Shown piece after piece: positions 34,845-47,080 of a stretch of DNA of 64,000 bases. The stretch covers positions 90,150,001-90,214,000 of the forward strand of contig NC_045696.1 in the NCBI RefSeq assembly GCF_009834535.1. The letters are read 5' to 3'. The notes below the pieces were generated by a model. It ran no database searches. It was given only the letters and a program-made list of their open reading frames with translations, and had not been told where the DNA came from. How positions within the stretch are numbered: position 1 is the first letter of the stretch; each line of letters opens with the position of its first letter. Origin of the DNA: Camelus ferus. Its lineage: Eukaryota. A program made the position numbers and the translations under genes.

Positions 34845-35215
34845 CAGCCAGCCAGTAAACAAACACTCCTGTCTACTGCGTCCTGGACGCTGTAACGCGT
34901 GCAGTGAAGAAGAGGCACAGCCTAGCTCCCACCTTTAGGTTGCTGACAGGTCGCTGTAAAGTGGTGGGTTAACTGCTACAACAGAGAGAAGTGCAGAGCA
35001 TGATGGGAGAAGGTGGAAAGGGCACGAGTCAAGGGAGGAGTCTCCAGGGAGTGAAAGTTTAAGCTGAGATCAAAGAGCTGAACAGTGAGTATGGATGTTA
35101 GGTTTAGGGACACTGTGAGTTGGGAGGAGTAGGAAAAACCATTACAGATAAGGGAATGGCTAGCACAAAGGCCCAGGATGAGGGAGCAGGGCATTCAGGG
35201 AAGCGAAGCCCTCAG
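34845..35215 (-). mobile_element. L2 remnant
   Basis: AAACACTCCTGTCTACTGCGTCCTGGAC...TTTAAGCTGAGATCAAAG...GGAATGGCTAGCACAAAGGCCCAGG. Confidence 0.55.
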
Positions 35216-35319
35216 AATGGCCTAAAATACCTGCATGGCTCTTAGAACACTTAGAAGAGTGTTGCTATGCACTCTCAACATAGATCCACTGGGAATCACC
35301 TGGGAAATCCAGGTGCCAT

Positions 35320-35437
35320 GAGAAGAGCACTGGACAAACAGTGGAAAAGACCTTCCTTACAGTCCCAACTCTGATGGAACTGATAAGTGAGAATCTCATT
35401 TACCAGTCTGAGCCCTCCTCTCCTCATCTGAAAAAGC

Positions 35438-35499
<62 letters not shown>

Positions 35500-35505
35500 A
35501 TAGTA

Positions 35506-35553
<48 letters not shown>

Positions 35554-35640
35554 TTAAAAAACAGTTCTTCTGCCATCTTCATAAGATTTCAGGGGGAATA
35601 GAATGAGCTGGTACATATGAGGGCACTTTAAACAAAACTA
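35320..35640 (+). mobile_element. MIR hosting an expanded trinucleotide repeat
   Basis: GAAGAGCACTGGAC...CTGAGCCCTC...CCTCATCTGAAAA [repeat] ...CATAAGATT...AATGAG...GGGCACTTTAAAC. Confidence 0.65.
35440..35550. repeat. Compound microsatellite (GTA)20(ATAGTA)2(ATA)13
   Basis: Read directly. Confidence 0.97.
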
Positions 35641-35687
35641 AGAGGCCAGACAAATTTTTATACTTTTGATTACTGATTAGGAAATAT

Positions 35688-36030
35688 TCACTTCCCATTG
35701 ATGTTGGAAAGCCATGTGACTGGCTTTGGCCAATGAAATGTTAGAGCCGTGACACCAGACCTATATAGGTCTTAGACATATTTGTACATTTTGGCTTGGT
35801 ACTTTAGCACCTGTGGATCACTATGAGAAAAACTAGCTACCTTTCAGCCCATGACTGGACCAACACATGTGGAGCAGACCTCAACATAATCCACAGTCAG
35901 CAGCTGAGCCCAGCTACATTAGCCAATGCCACAGTACACCTGCAGGTTCATGAGCATGAGAATAAACGCGTATCATTATAAATTTTCACTGAATTTTGAG
36001 GTGGTTTGTTATGCAGCATTGTTGCATCAT
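35688..36030 (+). mobile_element. MaLR LTR (MLT1I/J-like)
   Basis: GCCATGTGACTGGCTTTGGCCAATGAAATGT...CATGTGGAGCAGACC...CATGAGAATAAAC...TTGTTATGCAGCATT. Confidence 0.75.
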
Positions 36031-36039
36031 TGAGGACTA

Positions 36040-36563
36040 CGTTCATTTCCTATGATGCATAACAAATTACTATAAACTTAGTACTTAAAACAACACACAC
36101 TTATTAATCTCAGTTTCTGTGGATCAGAAATCCAGACATGGCTTAGATGGGTTCTCTGCTTAGAATCTAACAAGGGCTATAATCAAGGTGTAATCAAGGC
36201 TGGGCTCTCATCAGAGGCAGGACTAGGGAAGTTCTACTTCCAAGCTCCCTCAGCTTCTCACAGAATTAATTTCCTTGTAGCTGTAGGATGTGTCATAGCT
36301 TACTTCTTCAAAGCTAGCAACAGGAAGAGGAAGACTCCGGAGGGAATATGCTAGCAAGATGTAACCTCACTACAAGTGTTTTAAAAGCCACTTAAGTATT
36401 TTAATGCAACATCATCACGGCAGTGACATCCCATCATCTTTGCATATTCTGTTAGCTAGAAGCAAGTCATAGGTCCCACCCACACTCAGGAAGAGGAGAT
36501 TATGCAAGGGCACAACACCAAGAAGCAAGGATCATGGGAGTCAACTTAAAGTTTGTCCGTATA
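36040..36563 (-). mobile_element. MaLR LTR (MLT1E/F-like)
   Basis: ATAACAAATTACTATAAACTTAGT...CAGTTTCTGTGGATCAGAAATCCAG...CTTCCAAGCTC...TAGAAGCAAGTCATAGGTCCCACCCACACTCA. Confidence 0.85.
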
Positions 36564-36769
36564 GATGAATGTAAGGTATTAGCAAACTCCTTCCTCCCAG
36601 GCAAATGATTCTACCACAGCTTAGTGAATAATGTAAGATACTAGATGCCTCATACCTGCCTGCTTTTCTATCCATCACATGTCACACTTCCACGCCCATT
36701 GCTTGGACCAAAGGAAAGAAGGGAGAATAGTAGGGATGAGAAAAGACATAATACACAGAGACATTTATG

Positions 36770-36945
36770 GAGGGCCCAGAGGTGTTAGAAATGGGGATTA
36801 TCAGAGCTGGACACACAGTCCACATCTCTGGATTTACAGATGAGGAGGTAAAGACTGAGAAAGTTGATACTCCATGGTCCAGAGCACGCAAAGGTAGTTA
36901 GTGGCAGAGATTCAGATGCCCAGGCCAATGCTCCTTCTACTCCCT
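36770..36945 (-). mobile_element. MIR remnant
   Basis: ATTTACAGATGAGGAG...ACTGAGA...GTAGTTAGTGGCAGAG. Confidence 0.6.
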
Positions 36946-37154
36946 CTGCTCCTCCTCAAGAGTCTCCCAGCAGTCTGCCAAGTTAGCTGATCATGGATCA
37001 TAAGAGACTTTCCTTAAAGCACACTATTCTGGACTCTAGACTTGCTAGCAGGATCTCTGGGTGGAAAAGCTCACAAATTTGTATTGCAGCCAAGTTTCTC
37101 CAGGTGATCCTGTTTGACCAAGTCTAGAAACCCTGCTCTTACTTCACTTCATTA

Positions 37155-37625
37155 TTTGCCAACTTATTTATTGAGCACCTTCTTTGTGTCAAGTTCTGGG
37201 CAAGATATTGGGGATACAGCAGTAATGGAGACAGGCACAGTCCCTACTCTCATGAAGGCTGCCACTTAGCAAGGAAAAGAGACACCGACCAAGAAATTCT
37301 AAGTGTAAAGAGTGTGGGATGAAGTACAAATATCACAGGGCAGGGAGGAAGGACAGGAAAGTCAGCTAACCTGGTCTGGGGGACCTGAGGAAATTACATG
37401 AAGCTGGGCCCTGCAAAAAGGGCATGAGTGCAGGGGACAGGGAGAGCAGGATAAGAGCATTCCAGGAAGGAAACAGCAGGTTCAAAGGACCTAAGGCAAG
37501 AGTACAGAGTAAGACCCCACCAGGATGTAGGCAGTGAGTTGAAACAAGACAGGAGCCCAGACAAGCAGAACATGTGCTTCCATAAAGGCCTCAGGGACAA
37601 TGTCGGGAATCTATAAAGAGTGCCA
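37155..37625 (-). mobile_element. L2 3' region
   Basis: ATTTATTGAGCACCT...GGGATACAGCAGT...ACAGTCCCTACTCTCATG...GCATTCCAGGAAGGAAACAGCAGGTTCAAAGG. Confidence 0.8.
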
Positions 37626-39629
37626 CTTGGTAAGGAAGTCTGCACCCCAGTACGTGGGCAGCCCCTGCAGCGTGTCAGCTATGGTTTGTAAACCTTGCCG
37701 ACGCACTGATTTACAGCCAGCATCAACACCGTGACGGATGCTGTTTTTATTTCTGATGTTCCTGGTGCTCTATTTGACACAGCCTTGGGAAGCTTAGCAA
37801 AGAAAAGCATTTGCTAAGACGTTTTGACTGAAAGCACACTGTCAAACAAACAAACAAACAAAAGAATAAGAAGAAAAAGAAACAGCCATAAGAGCAGCCA
37901 TAGCTTAAACAAATGAATGGCAGTGGGAAAAGGCAACTTCCGTGTGGTCAGGAGAGGGCAACAAAGACTTAAGGGATTTCCTCACGTGATGCTCTAAGTT
38001 CACACCCTCCGAACTTCAGACCTACTCATGCAGATGGTTTCATGAGAGAGGCAGATACAAGTGGTCTCTCGAGTGTGACAGAAGAAGCAATTACACTTTC
38101 TGGTCAAACTGGGTGAAGAAATTCTATGGCTGTCACTATTTTGACTTCACATAACCCAAAGAGATTTTTTTCTTTCTCCAAACTCTGTGGGGCTTTGTCC
38201 ATAGAAAGACAAATATTGTACAAAGAGGTCTGATGAGCAAATACGAATTATGAGTAGAGGTTACTTGTGATGGGGAAAGGAGCAGGGGAGATGAAGGGTA
38301 GGGGAAGCTTTGTTCTTTTACATACTTTGACATTGTTTTAAGTTTTATGAAAATACTATGTTCTACAATTAAGTTTTTAAATTTGAAAAAAAATGCAGAC
38401 ATATTTACTAAAACCCAAGCTAATCAATTTGATTAATTGTTCAATATTTACTCCGCTCTTAAAAGATACATGTAATTAACTTAAATCTGCATGTCCCCCA
38501 TCAGGATGGGCCTAGCTACACATTTAAATGTAACAATAAACTAGTCCCCAAAGCCTTGAAGATCAGTGGAGGTCTGGGGGTTGGATAGAAGCCTGGGGGT
38601 GGGGGTAGGGGGTGAGTGCATAAGGCTCGCTGAATAACTTTCTGTGACCCTCTTCGCCATTTCCCCCCGGGGGCTCCCTTGTTAGAGTGCCTCCCATCTC
38701 CTCACTCTCCTTTCAAATAACCAGCCTGCACTGAATCCCAGCCTCATTTCCTCGCACCCCCACCTTTCTTCCAGCCCCTCAGTTGTTTCCTTTCTCCCCA
38801 GGAAGCTGAAGTTGACCTGCCACCCCAGCATCGCTATTCTGCACCTCCCACCAATCACCACAGTCACACCACACAGGCCAGGAGCCATGGCAGCAGGTGA
38901 CCATGATGAAGACACTGCAGAAAGCAGGAGTCTGCTGTGACTCTGAGACTGAAGTGTTTTCCTGCCCCTGTCACACAGGATCCTGGGCATTTGGGGAACC
39001 CCAAGATAAACAAAACATGGCTCCTGCTTTCAGAAGCCTTCTAACTTGAATGGAGGAGATGAGGCATAAATATAACCATTTTAAGACAACATGATGCGTG
39101 AAAAAATGCCACAAGAGAGAGAGAAATGAAATAGAAAGCCAGATGGACTTCTGTTTGAGTAGTCGTATACATTTCTGTGGATGCATAGGGCAATGCTGAG
39201 GACAGGTCTGGGATCCCTTAGAAACCCAGGCAGCAAAAGAGTTTCGAGTTTTGTCCTGCAGCCAAGAGATTTTACCCCACCCTCCAACTTGTCAAGAGGA
39301 AGGACTGGGCAGAGAGAAATCCTGTTTCCAGAATAGCTGCATGTTGTGAAATGTCTTCCTAAAGATGTCAATGCTTAATTAACACAAAACATAGCTGACT
39401 GCAAAGGTTAATGCGTGGCTAGGGTTAAGTAAGGCTCTGTGGATCATTTAGGAGGGACTCTGGTGTGTGGTTCTGGGGTGTATAACACTAGAAGGGATTA
39501 ACAAGCCCCATGGATATTTGATGAAAGCCATGAGACTTCTGCCCAGAAAAATGAATAAACAGGTCAACGAAATTTTGCCTATAATTTTTAAAGGTACCTA
39601 TTGACTTCCCAGGAAACGATGGGCTCCCA

Positions 39630-39845
39630 GACAAAACAGGTTTTGGAATCAAACATGTGTATTTGAATCCTAGTTTTCCCATCTTCGTGGGGCCTGTGAC
39701 TTCACCTCTCTGAATCTGGGCAGTCTCTCCTACAAATTCAGCATGGTAATAGACACCAGAGTTGTTGTAAGGACTATATTAAAATAGAACTAATATGTAA
39801 AGCACTGACACATATATAGTAGGTAATCAATAACATGTTGTTCCT
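39630..39845 (+). mobile_element. MIR SINE
   Basis: TTTGGAATCAAAC...TTTGAATCCTAG...CTTCACCTCTCTGAATC...GTTGTTGTAAGGAC...ATATGTAAAGCAC...TAGTAGG. Confidence 0.75.
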
Positions 39846-41164
39846 GTATAATGTCTCTTTCTTTGAGAAACATATCCTTGAATTTCAAGCACTGACTTAA
39901 AAGTCTCATTTATAAACTGTAACAATAAAAAAAGAAGTTCAATTCCACTAGGACTAAGAAGTTTCAAACTCCCATCTTAAATGTACACACCACTTGAATC
40001 ATGAACAAAGTGCAAAGCAAATCCAGCAGAAGGGGATGCATTGTTTGCAAGGGATAAATTACTTAAGACCTTGCATAAATCAAAACTTGCATAATTCACT
40101 ACTAATTTCCCCACTGGAATAAATATAATGTATGAAGATGCTGGCACATAAATCTACAACCACTGTAGCATATTTTGCTTTAATGCAGTCTTTTATGTCC
40201 TTGGCATTATCTATAATATTTCATGAAGAGCTCTTTCTTAAATTAAAAGCACAGTGTATCACAGCACATGTTTGTCTCGAAAGTGTTTTATCACATCTAC
40301 CTTGCTTTCCAGTTACTGGTTTTCAGGCATATTTTTAGAACTAGCACCAGCACCAGTACCACCCAATAATGAATACATGTATGATATTGTTTTATGATTA
40401 CAAGAAAAGATTCAATTAGACTAACAGTGAATTTTCAGATGAAGGGACAACAGTAGCGAGTATCACCTGCAGAAGCTCCTGTTCTGACAAACCATGGAGG
40501 GTTTGTCCATTTCCAGGGCTAGAGAGGGGCCCTCATGAAGCAAAAGGCAAACACAGCTACTATACTCAAGTTATCTTTGAAATCACACAATTCTGGATAT
40601 TTTTTCCTTGAAATATTTGCATTATTTCACATGTGCATAAGGAGAAATTTTATTAATATTTCACAGACACACTTTTGTATGTATATAAAATGTGACCACC
40701 CAGAATCTGCATTAAGAACAAAGGAAATGTAACCGTACAGCCTGGCTCTCAGCTGTAACTGGTAAATGTGATCAGCAGCAGACTGTATCAGTTACGCCTG
40801 CTGGCTCTGATAACCCTGGGCGTTACTGCATTGGTAGTGAAGAGTAGAAACCAGCAGACGGCTACAGCTTCATAGCAGAGGAAATCATCTCCCACCTTAT
40901 TTCACAGGGGCTCTGAAGAACATTAGTGCTTGGAATTCTGAGAACCTAGAACTCACACCCCTGTGCAAAGACAACAGGAATAGTACCATCGGGGCAGGCT
41001 AACTAGTAGACAGGGCTCACCTGATGAAGGGGAAAACAGAAAAGGGTGGTTGACATAAGAGGAAACAAACAAGCTTGAAATGCAAAACTAGAGCTTCCCA
41101 ACAGTGTGTCTACAATGTCTGTCTGGCCAAGGCAAATTTAAAAACTTAAAATAGGTATTGAACG

Positions 41165-41750
41165 GTTGCATCAGTGTCAATTTCCTGGTTATGCTACTGT
41201 TCTACAGGTATGCGATATGTTATCTTACCACTGGGGGATACTGGGTGAAGGGTGTGAAGGATCTCTCTGCATTATTTCTTACAACTGCACGTGAATCTAT
41301 AAATATCTCAAAAAAAGAGTAAAAGAAAACTGGTATTCAAATGGAGAAGCTAATCACTTATTTGGTTAAGGATTTAGCTGCAAGGATGTTCATTATAATG
41401 CTGTTTATGTCAGCAAAATAACTGCACGAACTACCTAAATGTCTGGAGACAAGGAATTCGTTCATTATAAGACTGTACTTTGTATATACAAAAAAAATAC
41501 TACGCAACCATTAAAACGATTTTACAGGAAAGTATACAATTTGGAAAAATGTTCAGAACATATTTTCACAAAGCAGATTACAAAACAGTATGACCTCAGT
41601 TTTGTCAACTGTAAGTATACAATATAATTTAACATACAGAAAGGACTGAAGGATTAAAAGCTCATAATGTTAGTAGCGGGTAATTAGGTTAAGGGTGGGT
41701 TTTCCTTTTTCTCATTTGTATTTGCTACAATTTCTTCCATGAACACTAAT
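41165..41750 (+). mobile_element. Two old L1 3' fragments (L1MC/MD-like ~41165-41320; L1ME-like ~41370-41750)
   Basis: GTCAATTTCCTGG...CTGGGTGAAGGGT...ATTTCTTACAACTGCACGTGAATCTATA; CAAGGATGTTCATT...CCTAAATGTC...ATTACAAAACAGTATG. Confidence 0.7.
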
Positions 41751-42104
41751 TCACTCAAGTAGATAGTTATTAAGCCCCTGAGGCATGTGAGGCACTGAAG
41801 GACAGCACAGAGAGAGACTTTCAGGCCCCTGTCTTCCTAGAGCTTCCTGGCTAAGACAGACACAGCCGAGCCAGCAATACAGCAGACGGTGGTTAATGCT
41901 GAGCTTCCCTGAAGCAGGCTCCTCAGCTCTGAGAAGCCTCGCCCTGAATCTGGTCAATCTCAGAAAACAGCTTTCAGTCCAGGGAGCCCAGCCTCTCAGT
42001 GACCCAGCCAGGATCCTTAACTTTCATCTCTTAGGCTCCCATCTCTGTAGCACTGTTTCTGATACAGCTAGCGACCCTGTTCTCAGACGAGACGAATGGA
42101 GACT

Positions 42105-42330
42105 GGGCATTTGTAAAGTTCCTGCGAAGTGCCAGGCACTGTCCTGGGCTTAGCTTACATGGCGTCACAAAGCTCTACCACTGCCACAAGACAGAGGATT
42201 TCTTGTCAGCCTTTTACAAAGGAGTGAAATGGAAGCACAGAGAGATTAAATGGTTTGCCCAAGGACACACAGCTAAACCACTGTTCAAATCCAAGCCTGA
42301 CTCCGAAGTTCATGCACCTCCCACATACAC
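42105..42330 (-). mobile_element. MIR SINE
   Basis: GTGCCAGGCACTGTCCTGGGC...GAAGCACAGAGAGATTAAATGGTTTGCCCAAGGACACACAGCTA. Confidence 0.8.
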
Positions 42331-42569
42331 CAGGCAGCTCTCCCCATTTACTTGTCAGAACATCTCCCAACAGAGCGGCCTCTTTACATGTCAATCTACT
42401 GCCCTCGCCCCTTGTGTTTGGCCACATTTATGCCCTCAGACCTAAAGAGTCAAACTCTCTGGGAAGAGCTGCTAAGGTTGGAGATGTAACCCAAGGAAAG
42501 GAGATCTCAACTGACTGACGGCCAGCACAGCTGGAGGAGGCGGCTTCAGATCCAAGGTCAGGAAGCAGC

Positions 42570-43265
42570 CGTCCCCCTTGACTCTTCCCTGCCTCTCAGA
42601 CACCTGTGCTCGCAAATCCTGCTTGCTCTGCCTCTAAAATGTATCGAGAATCTAACCCCTTCTCACCACCTCTGCTTCTGTCACCCTTGTCCAGGCCACT
42701 TCTATCACTCACCTGGGATATTGCAACAGCTTCTTAAAGGATCTTCCTGCTTCACTTTGGCTCCTGTAGAGGGTGGTTTCCAGCCACTACCAGAATGATC
42801 CTTTTGAAATTAAGTCGTGTCTAGTACACTTCAGCTCAAAAGTCAGCAGTGGCTTTTCCTCTCGCTCAGAGTAAAAGTAAACTCCCTGCTGCAGCCCCCT
42901 TTACCCCTCTGAGGGTATCTCCTACCTCATCCTTTCCCTCTCCTCTCCACGCTGGCCCCACTAGTTGGTGATTCTGCAGATACCCAGGGCCTCTGCACGT
43001 GCCGTTCCATAGGGAACACTTCACTCCCAGATACTTGCACGGTTCATCCCCTCTTCTCCTTCAGGTCTGTGCTCAAATGTCACCACCACCACCACCACCT
43101 CTGCTCATCACTACTCCACACAAAATAATTCTGATCCTCCTTTCAGGCTTTATTTTTCTCTGCAGCAATGATCACATCTCTAGCACCATATATTTATTTA
43201 TTTATTTATTTACTTTGCTAGAAACAGGACTTGGTACAGGGCGTCGACAAGGACCTAATGAATGA
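42570..43265 (+). mobile_element. L2a-like 3' region
   Basis: AAATCCTG...CTTCTCACCACCTCTG...GTCCAGGCCAC...CTCAGAGTAAAAG...CAGGTCTGTGCTCAAATGTCACC...AATGAATGAA. Confidence 0.85.
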
Positions 43266-43800
43266 ATTTAAAAAAAAATACTGTGATAGCTAACACTGTG
43301 TATCTCCCCCAACGTCTGTCCTCAAATATACAGGCACGACTTTTCATCCTCAGCTCTACAGTCCCACAGCCACTGGAAGGTGGAATATCAGATTTTACTA
43401 TGTTAACTTGCTTATCAACAGGCATTTGAATGTGGTTTGAGAACAATATTTAATAAACTATTCCCTCTCTTAATAGATACGGTGAACAATAAATGCGAAG
43501 TGTCATAACAGATCCAACTTTTATTTGCATTGTAAAATCAAACTGGCAGCTGTGCAATAATAAAAGGTTAAGATCATGAGCTGCACAAGAAACAAATAAA
43601 GCCTGATAACTCAGGTAAGGAATTCTCTTGCCTTTCATTCGGGCTGCCCATTTCTCCCCTGGATAATAGTTCTTCCAGACTGTGCCCCTGGAGTAGAGGG
43701 ACTAAGGGCAGTGACATTTCCTACTCCATTAAAGAAGCACTCATCATAACCTGCAGTGACTTTGGTTTTAGACTATTCTGCCTTTCTCATGCCCCAGGCT

Positions 43801-43995
43801 CAGTGATTCTTAACCAGAGATGACATATCAGAGCTGGCTGAGAAGCCTATTCACAATATGCATTCCTGGGCCCCATCCTGAGAGATTCTGATTCATAGGT
43901 CTGGAGGGGAATTGGGGGAGGACGGATATTAGACAGCCGTACTTTAGGAAAACTCCTCAGTGATTCTGAGACACTCCTCTGGTTCAGAACCACTG
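43801..43995. mobile_element. hAT-Charlie MITE (MER5B-like)
   Basis: TIRs CAGTGATTCT / AGAACCACTG; internal CCTGGGCCCCATCC...GAGATTCTGATTCATAGGTCTGG. Confidence 0.8.
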
Positions 43996-44519
43996 GTCTA
44001 GCTGATGTGTTCACCAAATATAATTACTATGGGAGTCATTTTAATTGAAGAGGAGGAGGACATGGGAGGAACCCTCAATACTCAAGGACAGATGAGTCAC
44101 AGGTTTTCCAATAACCAACATCTCCTAATTGAGGGAAGGACACATTTGGTGGCTGACCCTGCTCCCCTACCAACAACCCCCAGGATAATCCTCCAGTCCT
44201 CGCAGTGAAGAGAGGGGAAGGGATTGCCAAACATTGCTATGAGGAATAGGATTTCTGCATTTTATTTAAGCCTTGCCCCTAATGCATATTTTTAAATCAG
44301 GTAGGAAATGTCTGTTCCTTTTCTGCCAAGACTTTTGACCACACTTTGACAATAAAATCTCCTAGGCCTCCATAATCCGTATCAGTCACCTTCTTCCTTA
44401 AGTTATCCTAGATCTCAAAGAGTAGGGGGTCCAGCTCCTGAAAAAGAGGGCTCTGCTGTGAGAGATGAGAGTGAGAAATGTTCAATTAGGGTAGTGTACA
44501 GCAGCAGGAATTCAAGAGC

Positions 44520-44990
44520 CAGACAGTGCAGGGGGTTCTGGGAGGGCTTCTTGGAGGAAGTGACATTTTAACCTGAACCTGATGGATATATAGGAAATGA
44601 GGAGGGGAAGGAGAGTGGAGGAAAGACAGTCACGGGCATAGGAAGTGGCATGGGCAAAGACACAAAGGCAAAGGTGGCCTGGCAGGTGGAAGGACAGAAG
44701 CAAGCCCAGTGTGGCTAGGGCAGGGAGCTCAAGGAGGACAGTGGGTAAGGATGCACTGGAGAAAAGGGCTAGGGCCAGACCATCTAGGTCTTGTAATCCA
44801 CGCTAAGGAACTTGGACTATATTTTAATGTCCAAGATGAGCCACTAGAGCATTTTTAAGAATGGGAGTGATTTGATAACCATTTCATTTTAGGAAAAAGT
44901 CCTCTGGGGAGCACAATTACAGGAGCAAGGCTAGACACAGGGAGACCAGGCAGGAGGATGTCATACTCATTCAGGAGAGAAGTGAGCAGC
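44520..44990 (-). mobile_element. L2 remnant
   Basis: GGGAGGGCTTCTTGGAGGAAGTGACATTT...GGCATGGGCAAAG...GGGCCAGACC...TAAGGAACTTGGACT. Confidence 0.8.
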
Positions 44991-45148
44991 TTAGGGCCCC
45001 ATCTTCTTCTGCTTCCCCCCACTGTAACATAAGAGGGGGCACCAGCATTTCTGAAAACGGTACCTGAGTGTCTGGAAGCTCTTTGTAAATTCATCAAGGA
45101 ATATTCTTTTAAAAACATGTTTCTTGTACACCTATTAATCTTCCATAC

Positions 45149-45468
45149 CTGCACTGTCCAACACAGTAGCCTCAAGCTACATGAAACTATTGAGCCCCTG
45201 AAATGTGGCTGGTCTGAATTGAGATGAGCTATAAATGTAAAATACACACCAGATTTTGGAGACTTAGCACAAAAAGAAAAATACAAAATCTTGCATTACT
45301 TTTATATTGATTACATGATGAAATGATAAATATACTGGGTTAAATAAAATATACTCAAATTTCACCTGTTCCTTTTTACTTTTTTTAAAATGTGGTTACT
45401 AGGAAATATTAAATTACATACATGGCTCATATTTATGAGTTGCATTATCTTTCTACTGGACAAAGCTG
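45149..45468. mobile_element. hAT-Charlie MITE (MER33)
   Basis: GCACTGTCCAACACAGTAGCC...GAAATGTGGCTGGTCTGAATTGAGATG...AAAATACACACCAGATTT...CTACTGGACAAAGCTG. Confidence 0.88.
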
Positions 45469-45839
45469 TCCTTGGCCCCACTCTCAGCACCAAGAACATT
45501 GCAGATACAAAACAAAAGCCCATGTTCTCAAGAGAGCTTACATTTCAGTGGAGTGCAATCCCAAATCAACCTCAACAAAAATGAAAACAAGCATATTCCT
45601 TATCATCTGTACAATCAATCACTGTATTACCAGGAAGTGCCATACAGCACTGGTACCCGAGCTGGGTATTATGATCACGCTGGCACCACAGAGTTGTGCA
45701 GAGGCTGATAACGTCTCTGCACCCAGGGGAGGCCAAAGGATATCATGGCCCCTGTAAGAACAAAAGGCACACGGTTGTTCCTCTAGACATGGGGGCTGGG
45801 TAACAGATAACTGAGTCAGCCCACGACACATGAAGTGGA

Positions 45840-46310
45840 GGCCACGATGTCCACAGACCCTGTGGTGTCAATGCCACATACATGTAATGAGTGTGGCCAT
45901 TTCAGCCAAACAACAGCATTCATCACATTAAATCAGTGTCACTAATTAGAATGTTATTGTTATTGTAATTTTGTTTCCATTTGGTTTTTCTAAGTTGTTT
46001 CAGTTTCATAGTTGTATGACTAAAAATATGAGGAATTTATAATTAGTCTTCTGTTTAAACATATTTAAGAAACACTATAATAAAACTAATTTCCCTGGGG
46101 GGAGGTTATAGCTCAATGGTAGAGCGTATGTTTAGCATACATGAGGTCCTGGGTTCAAGCTCCAGTACTTCTTTTAAAAAAATAAATAAAATCTAATTAC
46201 CCCTCCCCCCAAAAGGACATAACAAAGACTAATTTCCTTTAACACTGGAGATATGCTGTAACATTCTTCTCTGAAAAGGAATCCTTATATTACTCATGTT
46301 AGAAATCCTG
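45840..46310. mobile_element. Ancient hAT-Charlie remnant (MER113-like) hosting the SINE
   Basis: AT-rich body ending AAAAGGAATCCTTATATTACTCATGTTAGAAATCCTG, which resembles Charlie-type ends. Confidence 0.4.
46097..46225 (+). mobile_element. Camelid tRNA-Ala-derived SINE (Vic-1/SINE_Vpa type) with TSD
   Basis: GGGGGGAGGTTATAGCTCAATGGTAGAGCG...GAGGTCCTGGGTTCAAGCTCCAGTAC...AAATAAATAAAATCTAATTACCCCTCCCCCC; TSD core ACTAATTTCC at 46085-46094 and 46228-46237. Confidence 0.92.
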
Positions 46311-46849
46311 CCCTGGATCATGATATCCATCCCATTCACTTCCCTTCCTCTGCCCTCCACCTATCCCCGCCCTGTAACCCAGGGGCTTCCCAGTGGCTGA
46401 CAGTTTGCTGCCTGTCAGCAGCAACTGAACAACCCCAGTGAACAACTGGCCCTCTCCTTCTCCCAGTAGAGAACAAGGTCCATGGTAATTCAGGGGCCTA
46501 TCACCAAGCCAACCGCAGCTCTCAGGGAGGAACATATGCCCAGGAGCCACATTCAAAACATCCAGTGACAGGTATGCTACAGCACTGCCCAGTCAGGATG
46601 GGTGCTCCCTGTAAGGAGCACACTCAGCCTCACCACTTCATACACTACCACCGCCTCTATCCACCCACCAGCCCTGGTTCCTCAGGTGAGGGAGGGCTCC
46701 CAGGAGCTGTGTGTTGTCTTGCCTGCATCGGACTCCTCAGTTCTCTGAAGGGCTGCACTTGGAGTGTCCACCTCTGTGTCACCCCCACTTAGGATTCTGA
46801 GCCCAACATAACAGAAGGGGGAGCATAAATCTTGCTAGACTGGGAGACT

Positions 46850-47080
46850 GCAGGGCATCATGGTTAAAATGATAAAGTCTGGAGCCAGACAGCCTGGGTT
46901 TGAATCTTAGCTCCCACAACTAGCTGGAGTGACTGTGAGCAAGTTCTCTGCACCTTCATTTCCTTTTCTGTAAAATGGAGATAATAATAAACTCCCAGTG
47001 GGATTTATGAGGATTAATTAAGATATTACATATAAAGCACTCAGAACAGTACATAGCACACATTAACAGTTATTATTACT
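46850..47080 (+). mobile_element. MIR SINE, near full length
   Basis: TGGTTAAAA...TCTGGAGCCAGACAGCCTGGGTTTGAATC...CTGTAAAATGGAGATAATAATA...TGAGGATTAA...TAAAGCACTCAGAACAGT. Confidence 0.92.

Noticed and set aside
35341..35601. Poly-V/poly-I 'membrane' ORF
   Set aside because: Translation of the (GTA)n(ATA)n microsatellite.
46097..46170. tRNA-Ala gene (also 27825-27894)
   Set aside because: The tRNA-like head continues into a SINE body and A-rich tail with a TSD, and the stems are degenerate.
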